Translations under genes and position numbers: made by a program | Notes under the pieces: model-generated | Database searches by the model: none | What the model was told of the DNA's origin: nothing | Seen by the model: only the letters and a program-made list of their open reading frames with translations | Assembly (NCBI RefSeq): GCF_004010195.1 | Contig: NC_057718.1 | Coordinates: forward strand, 27,323,477 to 27,359,611 | Direction: 5' to 3' | Source: Chiloscyllium plagiosum | Taxonomy: Eukaryota | Length of the DNA: 36,135 bases | Part shown: positions 24,471-35,124 of the stretch, piece by piece | Position numbering within the stretch: the first letter of the stretch is position 1 | How the letters are laid out: each line of letters begins with the position of its first letter

Positions 24471-24724
24471 TGAAAATATGTTGCTGGAAAAGCACAGCAG
24501 GTCAGGCAGCATCCAAGGAGCAGGAGAATCGACGTTTCGGGCATGAGCCCTTCTTCAGGATTCCTGAAGAAGGGCTCATGCCCGAAACGTCGATAGATTC
24601 CTGAAGAAGGGCTCATGCCCAAAACGTCGATTCTCCTGCTCCTTGGATGCTGCCTGACCTGCTGTGCTTTTCCAGCAACACATTTTCAGCTCTGATCTCC
24701 AGCATCTGCAGTCCTCACTTTCTC
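24471..24724 (+). mobile_element. Short palindromic Penelope-pLTR insertion with three hammerhead motifs
   Basis: Inverted arms, a 37-bp tandem duplication at the centre, a right-hand tail, and a 16-bp TSD cacataaggacacagc at 24455-24470 and 24725-24740. Confidence 0.92.
24525..24632. ncRNA. Cluster of minimal hammerhead motifs: one on minus, two tandem on plus (the second has GAAA>AAAA)
   Basis: Minus ggaauc-CUGAAGA-a-gggc-ucau-gccc-GAAA-cGUC-gauucu; plus attcctgaagaagggctcatgcccgaaacgtcgat (24560) and attcctgaagaagggctcatgcccaaaacgtcgat (24597). Confidence 0.75.
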
Positions 24725-24781
24725 CACATAAGGACACAGCCGTTGCAGCATGTGGTGTGGTGAATAACTGAGGATAAGGAG

Positions 24782-24976
24782 GCAGAAATGGGTACTGCAG
24801 ATGCTGGAGATTAGAGTCAAAATTAGAGCGGTGCTGGAAAAGCACAGCAGGTCAGGCAGCATCCAAGGAGCAGGAAAATTGATGTTTCAGGCAAAATCCA
24901 TTCCTGATGAACATTGATTTTCTTGCTCCCTGGATGCTGCCTGACCTGCTGTGCTTTTCCAGCACCAGTCTAATCT
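24782..24976 (-). mobile_element. Short palindromic Penelope-pLTR insertion (related subfamily)
   Basis: Inverted arms, a left tail gcagaaatgggtactgcagatgctggagattag, and a 17-bp TSD taactgaggataaggag at 24765-24781 and 24977-24993. Confidence 0.88.
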
Positions 24977-25750
24977 TAACTGAGGATAAGGAGTCAACCA
25001 TCAAATCCCATTTTGTGAACATTTTGTGTTTGCATCATCCGATTACTATTTTGTTGGGTTATATGTCAAATTACCATTAACAACAGCTACACACCTTACC
25101 ATCACAGCATTCTTTTGACAACAATGCTGAAACAAAATGACAAAACAACCGTTCGCACTAACTTTGTCCTGCAAATTATTGATCATTCTATGCAAAGTTC
25201 AAGAGATCATTCTGTAGAGTTCACTCAGGGTTTACATTACTTTGTCTGGTCCCAAACTCCTATGGTGGCTACAGCATGGCTATGAAAGGCTCCTGACCTC
25301 TGAGTGAATGGGGATGGGGGTGTGTAAAGGTAGTCTGACAGCATGTCCCTAAGCAACTCTGAGTCTAGAATTTTGGGCTGCACCAACTGTGCAAGGGTAG
25401 TGACAGCTTAAGCTTACTGATGAGCAACAGTGGTAGGAACATGAAAAGCTGCCATCCTGGAAGAAAACAGCAGCTTCATGCTGCATGAAGCCACTGCCAC
25501 TCCCCTAGTGAAGTGTCTCAGTAATCCTTGTGAAGAGTTGGAGAACAGATTGCTGGACTGCTTTGAGATTTTGAAAGTCCTATTGGACACTGTTACCAGC
25601 AACAGTGATGGAAGCAGTCTGAGCTTGAATGCCAGCAAGATGACCTTGGTTAACTTCATATCTGCGCCTCCATTGCAGTGATTGGATATTGAGAAGATTT
25701 TGATTGTACTGCACTGGAAACTGTGACATTGCCCAGATACTGGTTGATGG

Positions 25751-25936
25751 CTGAAAATGTGTTGCTGGAAAAGCGCAGCAGGTCAGGCAGCATCCAAGGA
25801 ACAGGAGAATCAGGAAGGCTTATGCCCGAAACGTCAATTCTCCTGTTCCTTGGATGCTGCCTGACCTGCTGCGCTTTTCCAGCAATACATTTTCAGCTCT
25901 GATCTCCAGCATCTGCAGCCCTCACTTTCTCCTCGA
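25751..25936 (+). mobile_element. Short palindromic Penelope-pLTR insertion
   Basis: Inverted arms of ~60 bp, a right tail, and a 16-bp TSD agatactgg(t/a)tgatgg at 25735-25750 and 25937-25952 (1 mismatch). Confidence 0.9.
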
Positions 25937-26734
25937 AGATACTGGATGATGGTAGGATCTGCAAAGTCTCTCATCAAGTTGTCTGGAAAGGAGAGACTTT
26001 AAACTCTGAGAAAAGTCCATTAACAAGTTGGGATGTGTACACCTCCCTGCTCCTGGACAGTGGTTAGGGTTGCAAGAAAAACTTTCCAAAAAATTGAAAT
26101 TTCAGATGTTTGGAATCACCTTCAGTAATCAATTCCATCATCCTCCAAAGCTGGCTATTATGAAATTCTTCAAGTATGCAATACACCAGCTTTGATCTGG
26201 GGTTGAACTGGCACCTTAGCAGCAATAATCTCTCAAAGTTGTTGTGTTTCTCTACTAGTACAACCTGTACCCTATTTATCATTTAACTTCAGCTAAATAC
26301 CTGGTTGATAGTTAAATAACTTTATCAACAAACTCATACACCTTTGTCTCTCTTACTGTGAACTAGTGTTCCATTTAGCATTTGCTACCTGTTGCTCTGG
26401 CTACCTGTAAGATATAAATCTTCCTTAAACTGATCGCAGTGTTCCTAAATATTTGTCTTCCACCTTTATACAATTTGAAAATATTGAGAGCTTAACCCAC
26501 TGTTCAATTCAATATGTATTCAAAAATAATAGCACCAACCCTTGGGTACACAGAGCATAATTTCAGACTTTGAAGATGATGCAAAATTCAAAAGAAGTAA
26601 TACATGAAGAGGGGAATAGTAATAAAATTCAGAAAAAGGCAGACTGATGAAATGGAAAGACATGTGACAGATGCAATTTAATACAGAAATATAAAATGAA
26701 GCATTTTGATTGGAAAAATAAGATTATAAACCAA

Positions 26735-26960
26735 TCCGTATTAACAATCTGTATTTTATAGAGTGCCTTTAAGGTAGTGAATCACCCCAAGGTACTTCAT
26801 GGGAGTTTTACAAAGTAAAATTTCATGCTGACCCACAGAATTAGATATTTGGGTAATGGCCAAAGGCTTGGCAAAAGAGGTGGACTTTAAGCAAGGTTTT
26901 AAAGGAGAAATGAAAGATAAGAGAGTTAGAGTATTTTAAGCAAGGATTTCTGGAATTACA
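26735..26960 (-). mobile_element. L2-like LINE 3' end, decayed
   Basis: Minus strand tctcctttaaaaccttgcttaaagtccacctcttttgccaagcctttgg...ttaaaggcactctataaaatac. Similar remnants lie at ~7600-7755, ~16270-16560 and ~20780-21050. Confidence 0.55.
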
Positions 26961-27279
26961 TTACTTACTTTCCAATCCCCATCAATATTTCCTGAATTTA
27001 ACAACCTCCCTCAAATATGGTTAAATTTCTTTGGGTGCGAGTTATTTAGAACAGATACTTTGTTTTAAGAACATCTGACCTTTTTACGTTTGTTGTTTGC
27101 CTCATCTTCCTCCACAGTTCTGAAACCTGGATCCACAATCCACAATAAGTGAAAAGAAAGCAAACTCGTTGTCATAAGATAAAATTAAATCATATCCTAC
27201 TTACATGCACGCAATATTAGGGTCCTCTACAATCTCAAGGTGTGAACAGGGGTTTGCCACGTATAAAGGCAAAAAATAG

Positions 27280-28295
27280 ATCTTATTGTGGCATCTGGGT
27301 ATTGCTGGCTGGCCAACATTTATTGACCATCCCGAGTTGCCTTTCAGAAGGTGATGGCAAGCTGCTTTCTTGATTGGCTGCAGTCCATGTGCTTCAAGTT
27401 GACCAACAATACCCATAGGGAATACCAGGACTTTGACCCAAGACAGTGATAGAACTGCAATATATTTCCAAGTCAGTATGGTGAGTAGCTTGCAAGAGAA
27501 CTTGCAGGTTGTGGTGTTCCCATGTATTGTCTGCCCTTGTCCTTCTAGATGGAAGTTGTTGTGAATTTGGAAGGTGCTGTCTACTGAGGATCTTTGATGA
27601 ATTTCTGCAGTGCATATTGTTGCTATTAAGCGTCGGTGGTGGAACAAGTGAATATTTGTGGATGTGGTGCCAACAAAATGGGCTGCTTCAACTTGGATGA
27701 TGTCAAGCCTCTTGAGAGTTGTTAGAGCTGCACCCATCCTTGCAGCACATACTCCTGACTTGTGCCTTCTATATGGTAAACAGGCTTTGGGGAGTAGGAG
27801 ATGATTTACTTCCTGCAGTATTCCTGACCTCTGACCTGCTCTTGTAGCCACTGTCTTTATATGGTGAGTCCAGTTAAGTGTTTGGTCAAGGGTAACCCCA
27901 AGGATGTTGATAGTGGGAGATTCAGTGATAGTAACACCAATGAATGTCAAGGATTGGTGGTTAGAATGTCTCTTGCTGCAGATAGTCATTGCCTGGCATT
28001 TGTGGGGCATGAAGTTTACTTGCTGCTTGTCAGCCCAAGCCTGGTTAATGCCCAGATCTTGTATTTGAGCTGGACTGCTTCAGTATCTGAGGAGTCACAA
28101 ATGATGTTGAACATTGTGCAATCATCACCGAACATCTCCACTTCTGATTTTATGCTGAAAGGAAGGTCTTTGATAAAACAGATATTTGGGTCTACGACAC
28201 TACCCTGAGAAACTCCTCCAAGAGATATCTTGGAGTTGAGGTGATTGACCTCCAATAACCATAACCATATTCCTATGTACCAGGTATGACTTCAA
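27280..28295 (-). mobile_element. Family B LINE, RT C-terminus to 3' end
   Basis: GVSQGSVVDP..FIKDLP..EMFGDDCTMF, then PHKCQAMTI..INILGVTLDQTLNWTHHI..RAGQRSGIL. 3' end gatggtcaataaatgttggccagccagc. Confidence 0.88.
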
Positions 28296-29623
28296 TTAGG
28301 TGTTGCCATACCTAACCATAATTACCTGGGCACATTACTAAAAGCTTATTTAGAGTTTGATATGTGGATCAATTCAATCAAAGTTTGGAGAGATAAACCT
28401 AAGTAATTTGATGTAAATGTAACATGCATTTATGGTGTAGAGGTTAATTAAAAATCAGACATGATTATATTGATCCTCACTTTTGAAATGAGAAAGTCAA
28501 TAAAAATGCCCCTTGTATTGCTGCAGTGTTTCCATCTACAAATATATGCAAGTCATGTCTTTAAAGCTCCATATAAAGAAATAAATTACATGGAAATAAA
28601 TATGCAAAAAGTAATAAATGTTCTGAAAGTTATGCTTGAAGTTTATTTACATTTGTCCTCTGTATTTAAGTGGGGTTGATGATGTTATCAAATGCACTGA
28701 CTGACTTGCATGTCTTCATTCATGATAGCTGAAGAGAAACTCAACCTAGAATTCCTAAAGTACAAGACTGAAGTGTTATTTTTGACAAACTAAAACCAAA
28801 CTAGTTGCAGCAAATTGTAACAAATATTGATTGTAACATGCTGCTTCCAATCAGCAATAACTTGCAGTAGTCCTTTGTGGACTATTGACATGTATGAAAG
28901 GCATATCTTATTCAAGAATTCTTATTTTGGATCGAGCTACTAGACTGTAAATATTTGAAAGTCCTGAAAATGTACAAAGGGGATCACAATGTACAATTAA
29001 CATGTCTTTTGCTTCTGTTGGAAGCTGCACACAAACTTTGTGCTGCCAATTCACCTTTATGACTAAACCATGCAGCCAGTGCTAAATTTGTTATTGAGGG
29101 TGGCATGACTCAGCAGGAGGCAAAGCTGGAACAAGTTGAACCTAGCCTGCGCTGATAATTGTGTATTAATCGTATGTGGGCAGTGAGCAGTGGGTATTTA
29201 TTGTTGTTTCACAAGTAAGAATTCCCTTATTACTTCACTTGAGTTTGTAGAAGTAATCCTTCCGTTAATTGATTCCTCCTTCCTTACCCCCATATCACAT
29301 TCCCTTCTTTCTGTTCTTTTTTCCCATCCTTGCCCCTTCTCAATTGCGTCAAAACTATTTCCATTTCTAAAGTTTCCAGTGTCTGATGAAAAGACATTGA
29401 ACTGTATTATGAACTCTCTATCTTCACAAATACTAACAAACCCAGTTTTTCCAGAATTTTCTGCTTTTATTTCATATTGCTAGCAATTACAGCACTTTGT
29501 TGAACTGTTTTGTGTATTCAAAGACAAATCTAAAGTCTCTTTAAATTTTTTTTCATATTAATGGTGTGGAATTGGAAAAGTGTTAAGTTAGAATGCTATA
29601 CAGTGGACCTGAATAAGTAGTTG

Positions 29624-29822
29624 GAAATGTGTTGCTGGAAAAGCGCAGCAGGTCAGGCAGCATCCAGGGAACAGGAGAATCGACGTTTCGGGCATAAGCC
29701 CTTCTTCAGGCTTATGCCCGAAACGTCGATTCTCCTGTTCCCTGGATGCTGCCTGACCTGCTGCGCTTTTCCAGCAACACATTTCCAGCTCTGATCTCCA
29801 GCATCTGCAGACCTCACTTTCT
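29624..29822 (+). mobile_element. Short palindromic Penelope-pLTR insertion
   Basis: Perfect inverted arms of ~77 bp, a hammerhead core on the minus strand only (29682-29709), a ~35-nt right tail, and a 16-bp TSD cctgaataagtagttg at 29608-29623 and 29823-29838. Confidence 0.93.
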
Positions 29823-31151
29823 CCTGAATAAGTAGTTGTTTTGTCCACTAAACTGTACACAGAGTGAATGGTAGATAAATTGGCTAATTAGAACTTCGTG
29901 TATTAGGAATAGTTGAGTATGGTTTTGGTTGAGTGGAATTCTATATTTAGATCTGAACTGTTCTTTAATCATCTCTGTGTATAAGTAGAGTTGGCTTAAT
30001 ATAGTAAGAGATGGCTGGATAATTGTCTCCAAAAAGATATGGTGGTTTGCTGCCTACTTGGTTTGAACACCATGCACTAGTGCATAAGAGGACAGAACTC
30101 CAAGTTAGTTAAACACATATGATACTGATTGTTTACCAGAATGTAAAGTGACAATGACTGTGAGTTTCCCAAAAAAAACTTACAGCAAAATAAATGATAG
30201 CAAGACAATGTAACACCAAATTTCAGCAGAAAAAAAATGAGGACACTTTACACTAGTTTAACACTACCTCTAAGTTTCTTTAATCTTTGAAGGTGATTCA
30301 GTAGAAACTCTTATTTATTAACCCCAGGCCCAATGTTCAAAAGTACGCAATCCCTGATCAGGCAACCCAGCATTGGGAAGGGGGTGGACCACTATGAATC
30401 ACCCTTCCAGTCCTTGCTGCTAACCCCTCCCTCCCTGGCTGGACACTCCATTCCTCCAATCCCATCTTGCCATTGCTCACCAGTGTCTGCATTCATGGTG
30501 ATCGTAGGCCTAAGATGGTTAAGTAACTCAGCAGTCACACCTGCCCATTGGCAATGCCCATCAATGAAAAGCTGCCAGCCTTGATTGGTGATAGCATCTG
30601 GATTGGGACTTTCTTCCACATGGGTCTTTGATCCTGTGAAGGCCTGCTGCTGCTCAGTTATGTACAAAACTGGTATTTAATGTACCATGTCTTCCCCGGG
30701 AAGACAATGGAGTGCTCGCCTCATCTCGGCAGGACTTGTGAGACCCTGTGTTGCCTTCATTAAACAATACCCACTGTGTAAGTCCTACAATTTTCTCAAG
30801 CCTAATTGTTTATCTTGACTTCTGTTTAACATTGCATTTCACATACTAATGACACTAGATGCTCAATAAAGTCAGCAGGCTTGCTGTAAATTTAATGAAA
30901 TTCTAGGGTGTTGACATTTTCAGTGAATAAACCTTCATTTATCATTATATAGGTATCTCACAATAAAAACATGCAAAAAACAAAGTTTGGGTTAGACCTT
31001 GTATGTAGCTGCCCAGAGTTATGACAATAGGACAAATTTGTAGTGAATTACAATAAAATAAACTTTAAAATGTGTTACAGGCATCATAAGTGGAATAAAT
31101 ACTGGAAGGGGAGAGTGCAACATTTACTAAATGGCAATTTTTTTTAATAGT

Positions 31152-31380
31152 TGTGTATGTCAGAAGTCACAGAACACCAGATTATAGTCCAACAGGTTTA
31201 TTTGAAATCACAAGCTTTCGGAGTGCTGATCCTTTGTCAGGTGAAGTCTCTTAACACAGCTCCTGATGAAGGATGTGCACTCCAAAACCTGTGATTTCAA
31301 ATAAAACTGTTGAACTATAACCTAGTGTTGTGTGACTTCTGACTTTGTACACCCCAGTCCAACACCAGCACCTCCACATC
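31152..31380 (+). mobile_element. Palindromic pLTR insertion of the second Penelope lineage
   Basis: Arms gtcagaagtcacagaacaccagattatagtccaacaggtttatttgaaatcaca / tgtgatttcaaataaaactgttgaactataacctagtgttgtgtgacttctgac, homologous to 9997-10087. Degenerate ctgatga cores and a right tail are present; the TSD is not clear. Confidence 0.8.
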
Positions 31381-32588
31381 TTACTGTGTAAGATGGACTG
31401 GCTGTTGTCTATAAAATTCTGGCTTAGAGGTGCTGCAAAAGTACAGCAGTTCAGGCAGCATCCGAGGAGCAGTAAAATCAACGTTTCGGGCAAAATCCCT
31501 TCATCAGGAATACAGGCAGAGTGCCTGAAGGGTGGAGAGATAAATGAGAGGAGGGTGAGGGTATGAGGAAACTGTTGAAGTCCACATTGATGCCCTGGGG
31601 TTGAAGTGTTCCGAGGCAGAAGATGAGGCGTTCTTCCTCCAGGCGTCGGGTGGTGAGGGAGTGGCGGTGAAGGAGGCCCAGGACCTCCATGTCCTCGGCA
31701 GAGTGGGAGGGGGAGTTGCAATGTTGGTACACAGGGCGGTGTGGTTGGTTGGTGCTAGTATCCCAGAGATGTTCCCTAAAGTGCTCAACGAGGAGGCATC
31801 CAGTCTCCCCAATGTAGAGGAGACCGCATCGGGAGCAACGGATACAATAAATGTGGATGTGGAAGGCTCCTTTAGGGCCTTGGATGGAGGTGAGGAAGGA
31901 GGTGTGGACACAGGTTTTGCAATTCCTGTGTGGCAGGGGAAAATGTCAGGATGGGAGGGTGGGTTGTAGGCGGGCGTGGACCTGACCAGGTAGTCACGGA
32001 GGGAACGGTCTTTGCAGAAGGCGGAAAGGGATAGGGAGGGAAATATATCCCTGGTGGTGGGGTCCGTTTGGAGGTGGCGGAAATGTCGGCAGATGATTTG
32101 GTTTATGCGAAGGTTGGTAGGGTGGAAGGTGAGCACCAGGGGCGTTCTGTCCTTGTTACAGTTGGAGGGGTGGGGTCTGAGGGCGGAGGTGCGGGATATG
32201 GACGAGATGCGTTGGAGGGCATCTTTAACTACGTGGGAAGGAAAATTGCGGTCTTTAAAGAAGGAGGCCATCTGATGTGTTCTGTGGTGGAACTGGTCCT
32301 CCTGGGAGCAGATACGGCGGAGGCGGAGGAATTGGGAATACGGGATGGCATTTTTGCAGGAGGTAGGGTGGGAAGAGGTGTAATCCAGGTAGCTGTGTGA
32401 ATCGGTGGGTTTGTAAAAAATGTCGGTGTCAAATCGGTCATCACTAATGGAGATGGAGAGGTCCAGGAAGGGGAGGGAGGTGTCAGAGATGGTCCAGATA
32501 AATTTAAGGTCAGGGTGGAATGTGTTGGTGAAGTTGATGAATTGCTGAACCTCCTCGCGGGAGCATGAAATGGCGCCAATGCAGTCAC

Positions 32589-33434
32589 CTCCTCCAAGAC
32601 TTCCGTTTCCCCGGCCCCCAACGCCTCATCTTCACCATGGATATCCAGTCCCTCTACACCTCCATCCGCCATGACCAGGGCCTCCAAGCCCTCCGTTTCT
32701 TCCTCTCCCAAAGTCCCTAACAGTACCCTTCCATCGACACTCTCATTCGTTTGGCCGAACTGGTCCTCACCCTTAACAATTTCTCCTTCGAATCCTCCCA
32801 CTTCCTCCAAACCAAAGAGGTAGCCATGGGCACCCGTATTGGCCCCAGCTCTGCCTGTCTCTTTATTGGCTACGTAGAACAGTCCATCTTCTGTAATTAC
32901 ACCAGTAGCACTCCCCACCTCTTCCTCCGCTACGCTGATGACTGCATTGGCGCCACCTCGTGCTCCCGCGAGGAGGTTGAGCAATTCATCAACTTCACCA
33001 ACACATTCCACCCTGACCTTAAATTTACCTGGACCATCTCTGACACCTCCATCCCCTTCCTGGACCTCTTCATCTCCATTAATGATGACCGATTTGACAC
33101 CGACATTTTTTACAAACCCACCGACTCCCACAGCTACCTGGATTACACCTCTTCCCACCCTACCTCTTGCAAAAATGCCATCCCGTATTCCCAATTCCTC
33201 CGCCTCCGCCGTATCTGCTCCCAGGAGGAGCGGTTCCACCATAGAACACACCAGATGGCCTCCTTCTTTAAAGACCGCAATTTCCCTTCCCACGTGGTCA
33301 AAGATGCCCTCCAACGCATCTCATCCACATCCCGCACCTCCACCCTCAGACCCAACCCCTCCAACCGCAACAAGGACAGAACGCCCCTGGTGCCCACCTT
33401 CCACCCTACCAACCTTCGCATAAACCAAACCATC
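32589..33434 (+). pseudogene. Penelope reverse transcriptase fragment
   Basis: LIFTMDIQSLYTSI, one in-frame TAA near 32718, then LTLNNFSF..QTKEVAMGTRIGPS, RYADD, FLDL, YKPTDSHSYLDYTSSHP, IPYSQFLRLRRICS. Confidence 0.92.
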
Positions 33435-33882
33435 NNNNNNNNNNNNNNNNNNNNNNNNNNNNNNNNNNNNNNNNNNNNNNNNNNNNNNNNNNNNNNNNNN
33501 NNNNNNNNNNNNNNNNNNNNNNNNNNNNNNNNNNNNNNNNNNNNNNNNNNNNNNNNNNNNNNNNNNNNNNNNNNNNNNNNNNNNNNNNNNNNNNNNNNNN
33601 NNNNNNNNNNNNNNNNNNNNNNNNNNNNNNNNNNNNNNNNNNNNNNNNNNNNNNNNNNNNNNNNNNNNNNNNNNNNNNNNNNNNNNNNNNNNNNNNNNNN
33701 NNNNNNNNNNNNNNNNNNNNNNNNNNNNNNNNNNNNNNNNNNNNNNNNNNNNNNNNNNNNNNNNNNNNNNNNNNNNNNNNNNNNNNNNNNNNNNNNNNNN
33801 NNNNNNNNNNNNNNNNNNNNNNNNNNNNNNNNNNNNNNNNNNNNNNNNNNNNNNNNNNNNNNNNNNNNNNNNNNNNNNNNNN
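33435..33882. other. Assembly gap (N run)
   Basis: Run of n inside the Penelope forward arm. Confidence 1.
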
Positions 33883-34003
33883 ACTTCTCTCTGACCTATC
33901 ACCTCCATCCCAACCCCCATTCACCTATTGTACTCTATGCTACTTTCTCACCACCCCCACCCTCCTCTCATTTATCTCTCCACCCTTCAGGCACTCTGCC
34001 TAT

Positions 34004-34038
34004 ATTCCTGATGATGGGCTTTTGCCCGAAACGTCGAT
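34004..34038 (+). ncRNA. Minimal type I hammerhead motif in pLTR
   Basis: attc-ctgatga-t-gggc-tttt-gccc-gaaa-cgtc-gat. Its mirror copy on minus at ~31477-31511 has GUU and a helix II mismatch. Confidence 0.75.
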
Positions 34039-34224
34039 TTTACTGCTCCTCGGATGCTGTCTGAACTGCTATGCTTTTCCAGCACCTCTAATCCAGAATC
34101 TGGTTTCCAACATCTGCAGTCATTGTTTTTACCTTGTTGTCTATAAAATCCCTGACCACAAAGAATGGTGGATGCAGAATCACAACTTTTAAAAGCAATA
34201 TAATAAAAAAGATTAAATATGTAA

Positions 34225-34762
34225 GGGAACCTGTTGCGTACAGTTCTGGTCACTACATTACAAGAAGAATATGGATGCTTTGGAGAGGGTACAGAAGAGG
34301 TTTACTAGGGTGTTGCCTGGTGTGGGGGATTTTAGCTATGAAGAAAGGTTAAATAGACTGGGTTTGTTTTCATTGGAATGAAGAAGGTTGAGGGGAGACC
34401 TGACATAAGTTTATAAGATTGTGAATAGCATGGATAGAGTGGAAAGTATAAGGCTTTTTCCCAGGGTGAAGAGTTCAATTACTGGGGACACAAGTTCAAG
34501 GTGCTGGGGGGGAGCAGTTTACATGTACAAAGCAAGTTTTTCACGTAATAGATGGTGAATGCCGGGAATGTGCTGCCAGAGGACGTGGTGGAAGCAAACA
34601 AGATAGCAGCATTCAAGAAGTACCTGAACAAATACATGAATGGGAAGGGAATAGAGGTATACTAATCTTGTAAGTGAGGAACAGCTTTAGTATGGCAGAG
34701 AAAACTGCGTCAGCACAGATCTGGAGGGCCGAAGGACCTGTTCCTATGCTGCATTGTTCTCG
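34225..34762 (+). mobile_element. CR1 3' fragment
   Basis: gtacagttctgg..ttggagagggtacagaagaggtttactaggg..gaaggttgaggggagacctg..agggccgaaggacctgttcc. Confidence 0.88.
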
Positions 34763-35124
34763 GTTGAATGGAAAAACTTGACTTACTTTTTCTCAGATTC
34801 AGCATAAGTATAAAATGGTTGAATGTGCTCCTATCCTATATCATTCTCATTCTATGAGTGCCGTCCTTTGGAAATGAAAATAATTGATGTGGCATTTTAA
34901 CTAAATTAGGAAAGACAAAACACTCGTAACGATAACTTAAGGCTTATTTTCTCTACTTCTAATCAATCCCTCAAACCCATCTCAATTTGCAACCCCTAAC
35001 AAGTGGGAGATGTTTGTGGGTTGATTCATGACCAGGATGTAGATTATCTGTTAAGCTACTTCATGGCTGTGTCCAGAATGCCAGGTCTCCTCAGGCATAT
35101 TCCTACCAAAAGGACTCTATAGAG

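Larger units (their letters stand above)
23800..24770 (+). mobile_element. Decayed PIF/Harbinger DDE transposase
   Basis: Frameshifted motifs in Harbinger order: VDMMMTMAMNCF, PGSSHG-like (YPGS.HD), WLLYSQDNSLKDWPIT (WLLGD.GYPL..WLMT), IAEQ, VAACGVVNN (VACCVLHN). Confidence 0.6.
31418..34134 (+). mobile_element. Penelope-like element with a ~1.17-kb inverted 5' arm
   Basis: 31418-32587 is an inverted copy of the RT-end/GIY-YIG/pLTR region. 32588-34134 is forward RT to pLTR. A 15-bp TSD tgttgtctataaaat lies at 31403-31417 and 34135-34149, with a 35-nt tail at 34100-34134. Confidence 0.93.

Noticed and set aside
24531..24632. CRISPR-like palindromic repeats
   Set aside because: There are no unique spacers, the context is eukaryotic, and pLTR hammerhead copies explain the pattern.
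25414..25681. Opposed ORFs as the Harbinger Myb/SANT partner gene or a host exon
   Set aside because: There is no recognisable motif or convincing splice pair.
31504..34064. Multiple overlapping long ORFs as host genes
   Set aside because: They are sense, antisense or shifted frames of the Penelope RT/EN in an inverted duplication. The true frame has a stop, frameshifts and a 5' truncation.
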